A stretch of DNA of 64,000 bases, from assembly GCF_009914755.1 (NCBI RefSeq), contig NC_060943.1. The stretch is one strand, 5' to 3'. The notes under the pieces were generated by a model. The model made no database searches. It worked only from the letters and a program-made list of their open reading frames with translations, and had not been told where the DNA came from. The stretch comes from the human T2T-CHM13v2.0 reference genome, Homo sapiens. A program made the translations under genes and the position numbers. Shown one piece after another: positions 11,183 to 25,461 of this stretch (positions are counted from its first letter, which is position 1; each line of letters opens with the position of its first letter).

Positions 11183-14100
11183 GAATTCTCAGTAACTTCC
11201 TTGTGTTGTGTGTATTCAACTCACAGAGTTGAACGATCCTTTACACAGAGCAGACTTGAAACACTCTTTTTGTGGAATTTGCAAGTGGAGATTTCAGCCG
11301 CTTTGAGGTCAATGGTAGAAAAGGGAATATCTTCGTATAGAAACTAGACAGAATGATTCTCAGAAACTCCTTTGTGTTGTGTGCGTTCAACTCACAGAGT
11401 TTAACCTTTCTTTACATAGAGCAGTTAGGAAACACTCTGTTTGTAAAGTCTGCACGTGGATATTTGGACTTCTTTGAGGCCTTTGTTGGAAACGGGGTTT
11501 TTTCATGTAAGGCTAGACAGAAGAATTCTCAGTAACTTCCCTGTGTTGTGTGTATTCAACTGACAGAGTCGAACTTTCATTTAGAGAGAGCAGATTTGTA
11601 ACACTGTTTTTGTGGAATTTGCAAGTGGAGATTTCAAGCGCTTTGGGGCCAAAGGCAGAAAAGGAAATATCTTCGTATAAAAACTAGACAGAATCATTCT
11701 CAGAAAATGCTCTGTGATGTGTGCGTTCAACTCTCAGAGTTTAACTTTTGTTTTCATTCAGCAGTTTGGAAACACTCTGTTTGTAAAGTCTGCACGTGGA
11801 TATTTTGACCACTTAGAGGCCTTCGTTGGAAACGGGTTTTTTTCATGTAAGGGTAGACAGAAGAATTCCCAGTAACTTCCTTGTGTTGTGTGCATTCAAC
11901 TCACAGAGTTGAACATTCCCTTAGACAGAGCAGATTTGAAACACTCTATTTGTGCAATTTGCAAGTGTAGATTTCAAGCGCTTTAAGGTCAATGGCAGAA
12001 AAGGAAATATCTTCGTTTCAAAACTAGACAGAATCATTCCCACAAACTGCGTTGTGATGTGTTCGTTCAACTCACAGAGTTTAACTTTTCTGTTCATAGA
12101 GCAGTTAGGAAACACTCTGTTTGTAAAGTCTACAAGAGGATATTCAGACCTCCTTGAGGCCTTCGTTGGAAACGGGATTTCTTCATATTCTGCTAGACCG
12201 AAGAATTCTCAGTAACTTCCTTGTGTTGTGTGTATTCAACTCACAGAGTTGAACGATCCTTTACACAGAGCAGACTTGAAACACACTTTTTGTGGAATTT
12301 GCAAGTGGAGATTTCAGCCGCTTTGAGGTTAATGGTAGAAAATGAAATATCTTCGTATAGAAACTAGACAGAATGATTCTCAGAAACTCCTTTGTGATGT
12401 GTGAGTTCAACTCACAGAGTTTATCCTTTCTTTTCATAGAGCAGTTAGGAAGCACTCTGTTTGTAAAGTCTGCAAGTGGATATTCAGACCTCTTTGAGGC
12501 CTTCGTTGGAAACGGGATTTCTTCATATTCTGCTAGACAGAAGAATTCTCAGTAACTTCCTTGTGTTGTGTGCATTCAACTCACAGAGTTGAACGATCCT
12601 TTACACAGGGCAGACTTGAAACACTCTTTTTGTGGAATTTGCAAGCGGACATTTCAGCCTCTTTAAGGTTAATGGTAGAAAATGAAATATCTTCGTATAG
12701 AAACTAGACAGAATGATTCTCAGAAACTCCTTTGTGATGTGTGCGTCCAAGTAACAGAGTTTAACCTTTCTTTTCATAGAGCAGTTAGGAAACACTCTGT
12801 TTGTAAAGTCTGCAAGTGGATATTCAGACCTCTTTGAGGCCTTCGTTGGAAACGGGATTTCTTCATATTCTGCTAGACAGAAGAATTCTCAGTAACTTCC
12901 TTGTGTTGTGTGTATTCAACTCACAGAGTTGAACGATCCTTTACACAGAGCAGACTTGAAACACTCTTTTTGTGAAATTTGCAAGTGGAGATTTCAGCCG
13001 CTTTGAGGTCAATGGTAGAAAAGGGAATATCTTCGTATAGAAACTAGACAGAATGATTCTCAGAAACTCCTTTGTGATGTGTGCGTTCAACTCACAGAGT
13101 TTAACCTTTCTTTTCATAGAGCAGTTAGGAAACACTCTGTTTGTAAAGTCTGCACGTGGATATTTGGACTTCCTTGAGGCCTTCGTTGGAAACGGTTTTT
13201 TTTCATGTAAGGCTAGACAGAAGAATTCTCAGTAACTTCCTTGTGTTGTGTGTATTCAACTGACAGAGTTGAACGTTCATTTAGAGAGAGCAGATTTGTA
13301 ACACTGTTTTTGTGGAATTTGCAAGTGGAGATTTCAAGCGCTTTGGGGCCAAAGGCAGAAAAGGAAATATCTTCGTATAAAAACTAGACAGAATCATTCT
13401 CAGAAAATCCTCTGTGATGTGTGCGTTCAACTCTCAGAGTTTAACTTTTCTTTTCATTCAGCAGTTTGGAAACACTCTGTTTGTAAAGTCTGCACGTGGA
13501 TATTTTGACCACTTAGAGGCCTTCGTTGGAAACGGGTTTTTTTCATGTAAGGGTAGACAGAAGAATTCCCAGTAACTTCCTTGTGTTGTGTGCATTCCAC
13601 TCACAGAGTTGAACGTTCCCTTAGACAGAGCAGATTTGAAACACTCTATTTGTGTAATTTGCAAGTGTAGATTTCAAGCACTTTAAGGTCAACGGCAGAA
13701 AAGGAAATATCTTCGTTTCAAAACTAGACAGAATCATTCCCACAAACTGCGTTGTGATGTGTTCGTTCAACTCACAGAGTTTAACCTTTCTATTCATAGA
13801 GCAGTTAGGAAACACTCTGTTTGTAAAGTCTGCAAGTGGATATTCAGACCTCCTTGAGGCCTTCGTTGGAAACGGGATTTCTTGATATTCTGCTAGACAG
13901 AAGAATTCTCAGTAACTTCCTTGTGTTGTGTGTATTCAACTCACAGAGTTGAACGATCCTTTACACAGAGCAGACTTGAAACACTCTTTTTGTGGAATTT
14001 GCAAGTGGAGATTTCAGCCGCTTTGAGGTTAATGGTAGAAAATGAAATATCTTCGTATAGAAATTAGAACGAATGATTCTCAGAAACTCCTTTGTGATGT

Positions 14101-17100
14101 GTGCGTTCAACTCACAGAGTTTAACCTTTCTTTTCATAGAGCAGTTAGGAAACACTCTGTTTGTAAAGTCTGCAAGTGGATATTCAGACCTCTTTGAGGC
14201 CTTCGATGGAAACGGGATTTCTTCATATTCTGCTAGACAGAAGAATTCTCAGTAACTTCCTAGTGTTGTGTGTATTCAACTCACAGAGTTGAACGATCCT
14301 TTACACAGGGCAGACTTGAAACACTCTTTTTGTGGAATTTGCAAGTGGAGATTTCAGCCTCTTTGAGGTAAATGGTAGAAAATGAAATATCTTCGTATAG
14401 AAACTAGACAGAATGATTCTCAGAAACTCCTTTGTGATGTGTGCGTTGAAGTCACAGAGTTTAACCTTTCTTTTCATAGAGCAGTTAGGAAACACTCTGT
14501 TTGTAAAGTCTGCAAGTGGATATTCAGACCTCTTTGAGGCCTTCGTTGGAAACGGGATTTCTTCATATTCTGCTAGACAGAAGAATTCTCAGTAACTTCC
14601 TTGTGTTGTGTGTATTCAACTCACAGAGTTGAACGATCCTTTACACAGGGCAGACTTGAAACACTCTTTTTGTGGAATTTGCAAGTGGAGATTTCAGCCG
14701 CTTTGAGGTCAATGGTAGAAAAGGGAATATCTTCGTTTAGAAACTAGACTGAATGATTCTCAGAAACTCCTTTGTGATGTGTGCGTTCAACTCACAGAGT
14801 TTAACCTTTCTTTTCATAGAGCAGTTAGGAAACACTCTGTTTGTAAAGTCTGCACGTGGATATTTGGACTTCTTTGAGGCCTTCGTTGGAAACGGGTTTT
14901 TTTCATGTAAGGCTAGATAGAAGAATTCTCAGTAACTTCCCTGTGTTGTGTGTATTCAACTGACAGAGTCGAACTTTCATTTAGAGAGAGCAGATTTGTA
15001 ACATTGTTTTTGTGGAATTTGCAAGTGGAGATTTCAAGCGCTTTGGGTCCAAAGGCAGAAAATGAAATATCTTCGTATAAAAACTAGACAGAATCATTCT
15101 CAGAAAATGCTCTGTGATGTGTGCGTTGAACTCTCAGAGTTTAACTTTTGTTTTCATTCAGCAGTTTGGAAATACTCTGTTTGTAAAGTCTGCACGTGGA
15201 TATTTTGACCACTTAGAGGCCTTCTTTGGAAACGGGTTTTTTTCATGTAAGGGTAGACAGAAGAATTCCCAGTAACTTCCTTGTGTTGTGTGCATTCAAC
15301 TCACAGAGTTGAACGATCCTTTACACAGAGCAGACTTGAAACACACTTTTTGTGGAATTTGCAAGTGGAGATTTCAGCCGCTTTGAGGTTAATGGTAGAA
15401 AATGAAATATCTTCGTATAGAAACTAGACAGAATGATTCTCAGAAACTCCTTTGTGATGTGTGAGTTCAACTCACAGAGTTTATCCTTTCTTTTCATAGA
15501 GCAGTTAGGAAACACTCTGTTTGTAAAGTCTGCAAGTGGATATTCAGACCTCTTTGAGGCCTTCGTTGGAAACGGGATTTCTTCATATTCTGCTAGACAG
15601 AAGAATTCTCAGTAACTTCCTTGTGTTGTGTGTATTCAACTCACAGAGTTGAACGATCCTTTACACAGGGCAGACTTGAAACACTCTTTTTGTGGAGTTT
15701 GCAAGCGGAGATTTCAGCCTCTTTGAGGTTAATGGTAGAAAATGAAATATCTTCGTATAGAAACTAGACAGAATGATTCTCAGAAACTCCTTTGTGATGT
15801 GTGCGTTGAAGTCACAGAGTTTAACCTTTCTTTTCATAGAGCAGTTAGGAAACAATCTGTTTGTAAAGTCTGCAAGTGGATATTCAGACCTCTTTGAGGC
15901 CTTCGTTGGAAACGGGATTTCTTCATATTCTGCTAGACAGAAGAATTCTCAATAACTTCCTTGTGTTGTGTGTATTCAACTCACAGAGTTGAACGATCCT
16001 TTACACAGAGCAGACTTGAAACACTCTTTTTGTGGAATTTGCAAGTGGAGATTTCAGCCGCTTTGAGGTCAATGGTAGAAAAGGGAATATCTTCGTATCG
16101 AAACTAGACAGAATGATTCTCAGAAACTCCTTTGTGATGTGTGCGTTCAACTCACAGAGTTTAACCTTTCTTTTCATAGAGCAGTTAGGAAACACTCTGT
16201 TTGTAAAGTCTGCACGTGGATATTTGGACTTCTTTGAGGCCTTCGTTGGAAACGGGGTATTTTCATGTAAGGCTAGACAGAAGAATTCTCAGTAACTTCC
16301 CTGTGTTGTGTGTATTCAACTGACAGAGTCGAACTTTCATTTAGAGAGAGCAGATTTGTAACACTGTTTTTGTGGAATTTGCAAGTGGAGATTTCAAGCG
16401 CTTTGGGGCCAAAGGCAGAAAAGGAAATATCTTCGTATAAAAACTAGACAGAATCATTCTCAGAAAATGCTCTGTGATGTGTGCGTTCAACTCTCAGAGT
16501 TTAACTTTTGTTTTCATTCAGCAGTTTGGAAACACTCTGTTTGTAAAGTCTGCACGTGGATATTTTGACCACTTAGAGGCCTTCGTTGGAAACGGGTTTT
16601 TTTCATGTAAGGGTTGACAGAAGAATTCCCAGTAACTTCCTTGTGTTGTGTGCATTCAACTCACAGAGTTGAACATTCCCTTAGACAGAGCAGATTTGAA
16701 ACACTCTATTTGTGCAATTTGCAAGTGTAGATTTCAAGCGCTTTAAGGTCAATGGCAGAAAAGGAAATATCTTCGTTTCAAAACTAGACAGAATCATTCC
16801 CACAAACTGCGTTGTGATGTGTTCGTTCAACTCACAGAGTTTAACTTTTCTGTTCATAGAGCAGTTAGGAAACACCCTGTTTGTAAAGTCTGCAAGTGGA
16901 TATTCAGACCTCCTTGAGGCCTTCGTTGGAAACGGGATTTCTTCATATTCTGCTAGACAGAAGAATTCTCAGTAACTTCCTTGTGTTGTGTGTATTCAAC
17001 TCACAGAGTTGAACGATCCTTTACACAGAGCAGACTTGAAACACACTTTTTGTGGAATTTGCAAGTGGAGATTTCAGCCGCTTTGAGGTTAATGGTAGAA

Positions 17101-20100
17101 AATGAAATATCTTCGTATAGAAACTAGACAGAATGATTCTCAGAAACTCCTTTGTGATGTGTGAGTTCAACTCACAGAGTTTAACCTTTCTTTTCATAGA
17201 GCAGTTAGGAAACACTCTGTTTGTAAAGTCTGCAAGTGGATATTCATACCTCTTTGAGGCCTTCGTTGGAAACGGGATTTCTTCATATTCTGCTAGACAG
17301 AAGAATTCTCAGTAACTTCCTTGTGTTGTGTGTATTCAACTCACAGAGTTGAACGATCCTTTACACAGAGCAGACTTGAAACACTCTTTTTGTGGAATTT
17401 GCAAGTGGAGATTTCAGCCGCTTTGAGGTCAATGGTAGAAACGGTAATATCTTCGTATAGAAACTAGACAGAATGATTCTCAGAAACTCCTTTGTGATGT
17501 GTGCGTTCAACTCACAGAGTTTAACCTTTCTTTTCATAGAGCAGTTAGGAAACACTCCGTTTGTAAAGTCTGCAAGTGGATATTCAGACCTCTTAGAGGC
17601 CTTCGATGGAAACGGGATTTCTTCATATTCTGCTAGACAGAAGAATTCTCAGTAACTTCCTTGTGTTGTGTGTATTCAACTCACAGAGTTGAACGATCCT
17701 TTACACAGGGCAGACTTGAAACACTCTTTTTGTGGAATTTGCAAGTGGAGATTTCAGCCGCTTTGAGGTCAATGGTAGAAAAGGGAATATCTTCGTTTAG
17801 AAACTAGACTGAATGATTCTCAGAAACTCCTTTGTGATGTGTGCGTTCAACTCACAGAGTTTAACCTTTCTTTTCATAGAGCAGTTAGGAAACACTCTGT
17901 TTGTAAAGTCTGCACGTGGATATTTGGACTTCTTTGAGGCCTTCGTTGGAAACGGGGTATTTTCATGTAAGGCTAGACAGAAGAATTCTCAGTAACTTCC
18001 CTGGGTTGTGTGTATTCAACTGACAGAGTCGAACTTTCATTTAGAGAGAGCAGATTTGTAACACTGTTTTTGTGGAATTTGCAAGTGGAGATTTCAAGCG
18101 CTTTGGGGCCAAAGGCAGAAAAGGAAATATCTTCGTATAAAAACTAGACAGAATCATTCTCAGAAAATGCTCTGTGATGTGTGCGTTGAACTCTCAGAGT
18201 TTAACTTTTGTTTTCATTCAGCAGTTTGGAAATACTCTGTTTGTAAATTCTGCACGTGGATATTTTGACCACTTAGAGGCCTTCGTTGGAAACGGGTTTT
18301 TTTCATGTAAGGGTAGACAGAAGAATTCCCAGTAACTTCCTTGTGTTGTGTGCATTCAACTCACAGAGTTGAACGATCCTTTACACAGAGCAGACTTGAA
18401 ACACACTTTTTGTGGAATTTGCAAGTGGAGATTTCAGCCGCTTTGAGGTTAATGGTAGAAAATGAAATATCTTCGTACAGAAACTAGACAGAATGATTCT
18501 CAGAAACTCCTTTGTGATGTGTGAGTTCAACTCACAGAGTTTATCCTTTCTTTTCATAGAGCAGTTAGGAAACACTCTGTTTGTAAAGTCTGCAAGTGGA
18601 TATTCAGACCTCTTTGAGGCCTTCGTTGGAAACGGGATTTCTTCATATTCTGCTAGACAGAAGAATTCTCAGTAACTTCCTTGTGTTGTGTGCATTCAAC
18701 TCACAGAGTTGAACGATCCTTTACACTGGGCAGACTTGAAACACTCTTTTTGTGGAATTTGCAAGGGGAGATTTCAGCCTCATTGAGGTTAATGGTAGAA
18801 AATGAAATATCTTCGTATAGAAACTAGACAGAATGATTCTCAGAAACTCCTTTGTGATGTGTGCGTTCAAGTCACAGAGTTTAACCTTTCTTTTCATAGA
18901 GCAGTTAGGAAACACTCTGTTTCTAAAGTCTGCAAGTGGATATTCAGACCTCTTTGAGGCCTTCGTTGGAAACGGGATTTCTTCATATTCTGCTAGACAG
19001 AAGAATTCTCAGTAACTTCCTTGTGTTGTGTGTACTCAACTCACAGAGTTGAACGATCCTTTTCACAGAGCAGACTTGAAACACTCTTTTTGTGGAATTT
19101 GCAAGTGGAGATTTCAGCCGCTTTGAGGTCAATGTTAGAAAAGGGAATATCTTCGTATAGAAACTAGACAGAATGATTCTCAGAAACTCCTTTGTGATGT
19201 GTGCGTTCAACTCACAGAGTTTAACCTTTCTTTTCATAGAGCAGTGAGGAAACACTCTGTTTGTAAAGTCTGCACGTGGATATTTGGACTTCTTTGAGGC
19301 CTTCGTTGGAAACGGGTTTTTTTCATCTAAGGCTAGACAGAAGAATTCTCAGTAACTTCCTTGTGTTGTGTGTATTCAACTGACAGAGTTGAACTTTCAT
19401 TTAGAGAGAGCAGATTTGTAACACTGTTTTTGTGGAATTTGCAAGTGGAGATTTCAAGCGCTTTGGGGCCAAAGGCAGAAAAGGAAATATCTTCGTATAA
19501 AAACTAGACAGAATCATTCTCAGAAAATCCTCTGTGATGTGTGCTTTCAACTCTCAGAGTTTAACTTTTCTTTTCATTCAGCAGTTTGGAAACACTCTGT
19601 TTGTAAAGTCTGCACGTGGATATTTTGACCACTTAGAGGCCTTCGTTGGAAACGGGTTTTTTTCATGTAAGGGTAGACAGAAGAATTCCCAGTAACTTCC
19701 TTGTGTTGTGGGCATTCAACTCACAGAGTTGAACGTTCCCTTAGACAGAGCAGATTTGAAACACTCTATTTGTGTAATTTGCAAGTGTAGATTTCAAGCG
19801 CTTTAAGGTCAACGGCAGAAAAGGAAATATCTTCGTTTCAAAACTAGACAGAATCATTCCCACAAACTGCGTTCTGATGTGTTCGTTCAACTCACAGAGT
19901 TTAACCTTTCTGTTCATAGAGCAGTTAGGAAACACTCTGTTTGTAAAGTCTGCAAGTGGATATTCAGACCTCCTTGAGGCCTTCGTTGGAAACGGGATTT
20001 CTTCATATTCTGCTAGACAGAAGAATTCTCAGTAACTTCCTTGTGTTGTGTGTATTCAACTCACAGAGTTGAACGATCCTTTACACAGAGCAGACTTGAA

Positions 20101-23100
20101 ACACTCTTTTTGTGGAATATGCAAGTGGAGATTTCAGCCGCTTTGAGGTTAATGGTAGAAAATGAAATATCTTCGTATAGAAATTAGAAAGAATGATTCT
20201 CAGAAACTCCTTTGTGATGTGTGCGTTCAACTCACAGAGTTTAACCTTTCTTTTCATAGAGCAGTTAGGAAACACTCTGTTTGTAAAGTCTGCAAGTGGA
20301 TATTCAGACCTCTTTGAGGCCTTCGATGGAAACGGGATTTCTTCATATTCTGCTAGACAGAAGAATTCTCAGTAACTTCCTTGTGTTGTGTGTATTCCAC
20401 TCACAGAGTTGAACGATCCTTTACACAGGGCAGACTTGAAACACTCTTTTTGTGGAATTTGCTAGTGGAGATTTCAGCCTCTTTGAGGTTAATGGTAGAA
20501 AATGAAATATCTTCGTATAGAAACTAGACAGAATGATTCTCAGAAACTCCTTTGTGATGTGTGCGTTCAAGTCACAGAGTTTAACCTTTCTTTTCATAGA
20601 GCAGTTAGGAAACACTCTGTTTGTAAAGTCTGCAAGTGGATATTCAGACCTCTTTGAGGCCTTCTTTGGAAACGGGATTTCTTCATACTCTGCTAGACAG
20701 AAGAATTCTCAGTAACTTCCTTGTGTTGTGTGTATTCAACTCACAGAGTTGAACGATCCTTTACACAGAGCAGACTTGAAACACTCTTTTTGTGGAATTT
20801 GCAAGTGGAGATTTCAGCCGCTTTGAGGTCAATGGTAGAAAAGGGAATATCTTCGTATAGAAACTAGACAGAATGATTCTCAGAAACTCCTTTGTGATGT
20901 GTGCGTTCAACTCACAGAGTTTAACCTTTCTTTTCATAGAGCAGTTAGGAAACATTCTGTTTGTAAAGTCTGCACGTGGATATTTGGACTTCTTTGAGGC
21001 CTTCGTTGGAAACGGGTTTTTTTCATGTAAGGCTAGACAGAAGAATTCTCAGTAACTTCCCTGTGTTGTGTGTATTCAACTGACAGAGTCGAACTTTCAT
21101 TTAGAGAGAGCAGATTTGTAACACTGTTTTTGTGGAATTTGCAAGTGGAGATTTCAAGCGCTTTGGGGCCAAAGGCAGAAAAGGAAATATCTTCGTATAA
21201 AAACTAGACAGAATCATTCTCAGAAAATGCTCTGTGATGTGTGCGTTCAACTCTCAGAGTTTAACTTTTGTTTTCATTCAGCAGTTTGGAAACACTCTGT
21301 TTGTAAAGTCTGCACGTGGATATTTTGACCACTTAGAGGCCTTCGTTGGAAACGGGTTTTTTTCATGTAAGGGTAGACAGAAGAATTCCCAGTAACTTCC
21401 TTGTGTTGTGTGCATTCAACTCACAGAGTTGAACATTCCCTTAGACAGAGCAGATTTGAAACACTCTATTTGTGCAATTTGCAAGTGTACATTTCAAGCG
21501 CTTTAAGGTCAATGGCAGAAAAGGAAATATCTTCGTTTCAAAACTAGACAGAATCATTCCCACAAACTGCGTTGTGATGTGTTCGTTCAACTCACAGAGT
21601 TTAACCTTTCTGTTCATAGAGCAGTTAGGAAACACTCTGTTTGTAAAGTCTGCAAGTGGATATTCAGACCTCCTTGAGGCCTTCGTTGGAAACGGGATTT
21701 CTTCATATTCTGCTAGACAGAAGAATTCTCAGTAACTTCCTTGTGTTGTGTGTATTCAACTCACAGAGTTGAACGATCCTTTACACAGAGCAGACTTGAA
21801 ACACACTTTTTGTGGAATTTGCAAGTGGAGATTTCAGCCGCTTTGAGGTTAATGGTAGAAAATGAAATATCTTCGTATAGAAACTAGACAGAATGATTCT
21901 CAGAAACTCCTTTGTGATGTGTGAGTTCAACTCACAGAGTTTATCCTTTCTTTTCATAGAGCAGTTAGGAAACACTCTGTTTGTAAAGTGTGCAAGTGGA
22001 TATTCAGACCTCTTTGAGGCCTTCGTTGGAAACGGGATTTCTTCATATTCTGCTAGACAGAAGAATTCTCAGTAACTTCCTTGTGTTGTGTGCATTGAAC
22101 TCACAGAGTTGAACGATCCTTTACACAGGGCAGACTTGAAACACTCTTTTTGTGGAATTTGCAAGCGGAGATTTCAGCCTCTTTGAGGTTAATGGTAGAA
22201 ATTGAAATATCTTCGTATAGAAACTAGACAAAATGATTCTCAGAAACTCCTTTGTGATGTGTGCGTTCAAGTCACAGAGTTTAACCTTTCTTTTCATAGA
22301 GCAGTTAGGAAACACTCTGTTTGTAAAGTCTGCAAGTGGATATTCAGACCTCTTTGAGGCCTTCGTTGGAAACGGGATTTCTTCATATTCTGCTAGACAA
22401 AAGAATTCTCAGTAACTTCCTTGTGTTGTGTGTATTCAAGTCACAGAGTTGAACGATCCTTTACACAGAGCAGACTTGAAACACTCTTTTTGTGGAATTT
22501 GCAAGTGGAGATTTCAGCCGCTTTGAGGTCAATGGTAGAAAAGGGAATATCTTCGTATAGAAACTAGACAGAATGATTCTCAGAAACTCCTTTGTGATGT
22601 GTGCGTTGAACTCACAGAGTTTAACCTTTCTTTTCATAGAGCAGTTAGGAAACACTCTGTTTGTAAAGTCTGCACGTGGATATTTGGACTTCTTTGAGGC
22701 CTTCGTTGGAAACGGGTTTTTTTCATGTAAGGCTAGGCAGCAGAATTCTCAGTAACTTCCTTGTGTTGTGTGTATTCAACTGACAGAGTTGAACTTTCAT
22801 TTAGAGAGAGCAGATTTGTAACACTGTTTTTGTGGAATTTGCAAGTGGAGATTTCAAGCGATTTGCGGCCAAAGGCAGAAAAGGAAATATCTTCGTATAA
22901 AAACTAGACAGAATCATTCTCAGAAAATCCTCTGTGATGTGTGCGTTCAACTCTCAGAGTTTAACTTTTCTTTTCATTCAGCAGTTTGGAAACACTCTGT
23001 TTGTAAAGTCTGCACGTGGATATTTTGACCACTTAGAGGCCTTCGTTGGAAACGGGTTTTTTTCATGTAAGGGTAGACAGAAGAATTCCCAGTAACTTCC

Positions 23101-24441
23101 TTGTGTTGTGTGCATTCAACTCACAGAGTTGAACGTTCCCTTAGACAGAGCAGATTTGAAACACTCTATTTGTGTAATTTGCAAGTGTAGATTTCAAGCG
23201 CTTTAAGGTCAACGGCAGAAAAGGATATATCTTCGTTTCAAAACTAGACAGAATCATTCCCACAAACTCGTTGTGATGTGTTCGTTCAACTCACAGAGTT
23301 TAACCTTTCTGTTCATAGAGCAGTTAGGAAACACTCTGTTTGTAAAGTCTGCAAGTGGATATTCAGACCTCCTTGAGGCCTTCGTTGGAAACGGGATTTC
23401 TTCATATTCTGCTAGACAGAAGAATTCTCAGTAACTTCCTTGTGTTGTGTGCATTCAACTCACAGAGTTGAACGATCCTTTACACAGGGCAGACTTGAAA
23501 CACTCTTTTTGTGGAATTTGCAAGCGGAGATTTCAGCCTCTTTGAGGTTAATGGTAGAAAATGAAATATCTTCGTATAGAAACTAGACAGAATGATTCTC
23601 AGAAACTCCTTTGTGATGTGTGCGTTCAACTCACAGAGTTTAACCTTTCTTTTCATAGAGCAGTTAGGAAACACTCTGTTTGTAAAGTCTGCACGTGGAT
23701 ATTTGGACTTCTTTGAGGCCTTCGTTGGAAACGGGTTTTTTTCATGTAAGGCTAGACAGAAGAATTCTCAGTAACTTCCTTGTGTTGTGTGTATTCAACT
23801 GACAGAGTTGAACTTTCATTTAGAGAGAGCAGATTTGTAACACTGTTTTTGTGGAATTTGCAAGTGGAGATTACAAGCGCTTTGCGGCCAAAGGCAGAAA
23901 AGGAAATATCTTCGTATAAAAACTAGACAGAATCATTCTCAGAAAATCCTCTGTGATGTGTGCGTTCAACTCTCAGAGTTTAACTTTTCTTTTCATTCAG
24001 CAGTTTGGAAACACTCTGTTTGTAAAGTCTGCACGTGGATATTTTGACCACTTGGAGGCCTTCGTTGGAAACGGGTTTTTTTCATGTAAGGGTAGACAGA
24101 AGAATTCCCAGTAACTTCCTTGTGTTGTGTGCATTCAACTCACAGAGTTGAACGTTCCCTTAGACAGAGCAGATTTGAAACACTCTATTTGTGTAATTTG
24201 CAAGTGTAGATTTCAAGCGCTTTAAGGTCAACGACAGAAAAGGAAATATCTTCGTTTCAAAACTAGACAGAATCATTCCCACAAACTGCGTTGTGATGTG
24301 TTCGTTCAACTCACAGAGTTTAACCTTTCTGTTCATAGAGCAGTTAGGAAACACTCTGTTTGTAAAGTCTGCAAGTGGATATTCAGACCTCCTTGAGGCC
24401 TTCGTTGGAAACGGGATTTCTTCATATTCTGCTAGACAGAA

Positions 24442-25461
24442 GAATTCTCAGTAACTTCCTTGTGTTGTGTGTATTCAACTCACAGAGTTGAACGATCCTT
24501 TACACAGAGCAGACTTGAAACACTCTTTTTGTGGAATTTGCAAGTGGAGATTTCAGCCGCTTTGAGGTCAATGGTAGAAAAGGGAATATCTTCGTATAGA
24601 AACTAGACAGAATGATTCTCAGAAACTCCTTTGTGATGTGTGCGTTCAACTCACAGAGTTTAACCTTTCTTTTCATAGAGCAGTTAGGAAACACTCTGTT
24701 TGTAAAGTCTGCACGTGGATATTTGGACTTCTTTGAGGCCTTCGTTGGAAACGGGTTTTTTTCATGTAAGGCTAGACAGAAGAATTCTCAGTAACTTCCT
24801 TGTGTTGTGTGTATTCAACTGACAGAGTTGAACTTTCATTTAGAGAGAGCAGATTTGTAAGACTGTTTTTGTGGAATTTGCAAGTGGAGATTTCAAGCGC
24901 TTTGCGGCCAAAGGCAGAAAAGGAAATATCTTCGTATAAAAACTAGACAGAATCATTCTCAGAAAATCCTCTATGATGTGTGCGTTCAACTCTCAGAGTT
25001 TAACTTTTCTTTTCATTCAGCAGTTTGAAAACACTCTGTTTGTAAAGTCTGCACGTGGATATTTTGACCACTTAGAGGCCTTCGTTGGAAACGGGTTTTT
25101 TTCATGTAAGGGTAGACAGAAGAATTCCCAGTAACTTCCTTGTGTTGTGTGCATTCAACTCACAGAGTTGAACGTTCCCTTAGACAGAGCAGATTTGAAA
25201 CACTCTATTTGTGTAATTTGCAAGTGTAGATTTCAAGCGCTTTCAGGTCAACGGCAGAAAAGGAAATATCTTCGTTTCAAAACTAGACAGAATCATTCCC
25301 ACAAACTGCGTTGTGATGTGTTCGTTCAACTCACAGAGTTTAACCTTTCTGTTCATAGAGCAGTTAGGAAACACTCTGTTTGTAAAGTCTGCAAGTGGAT
25401 ATTCAGACCTCCTTGAGGCCTTCGTTGGAAACGGGATTTCTTCATATTCTGCTAGACAGAA
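24442..25461 (+). repeat. Example canonical 6-monomer HOR (1020 bp): dimers A-B-C
   Basis: A (24442): GATCCTTTACAC...GGATATTTGGACTTC. B (24782): ACTGACAG...TTTCATTTAGAGAG...TTTTGACCACTTAG. C (25122): GAATTCCCAG...GTTCCCTTAGAC...CATTCCCACAAACTGCG. It is directly preceded by another A-B-C at 23422-24441. Confidence 0.85.
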
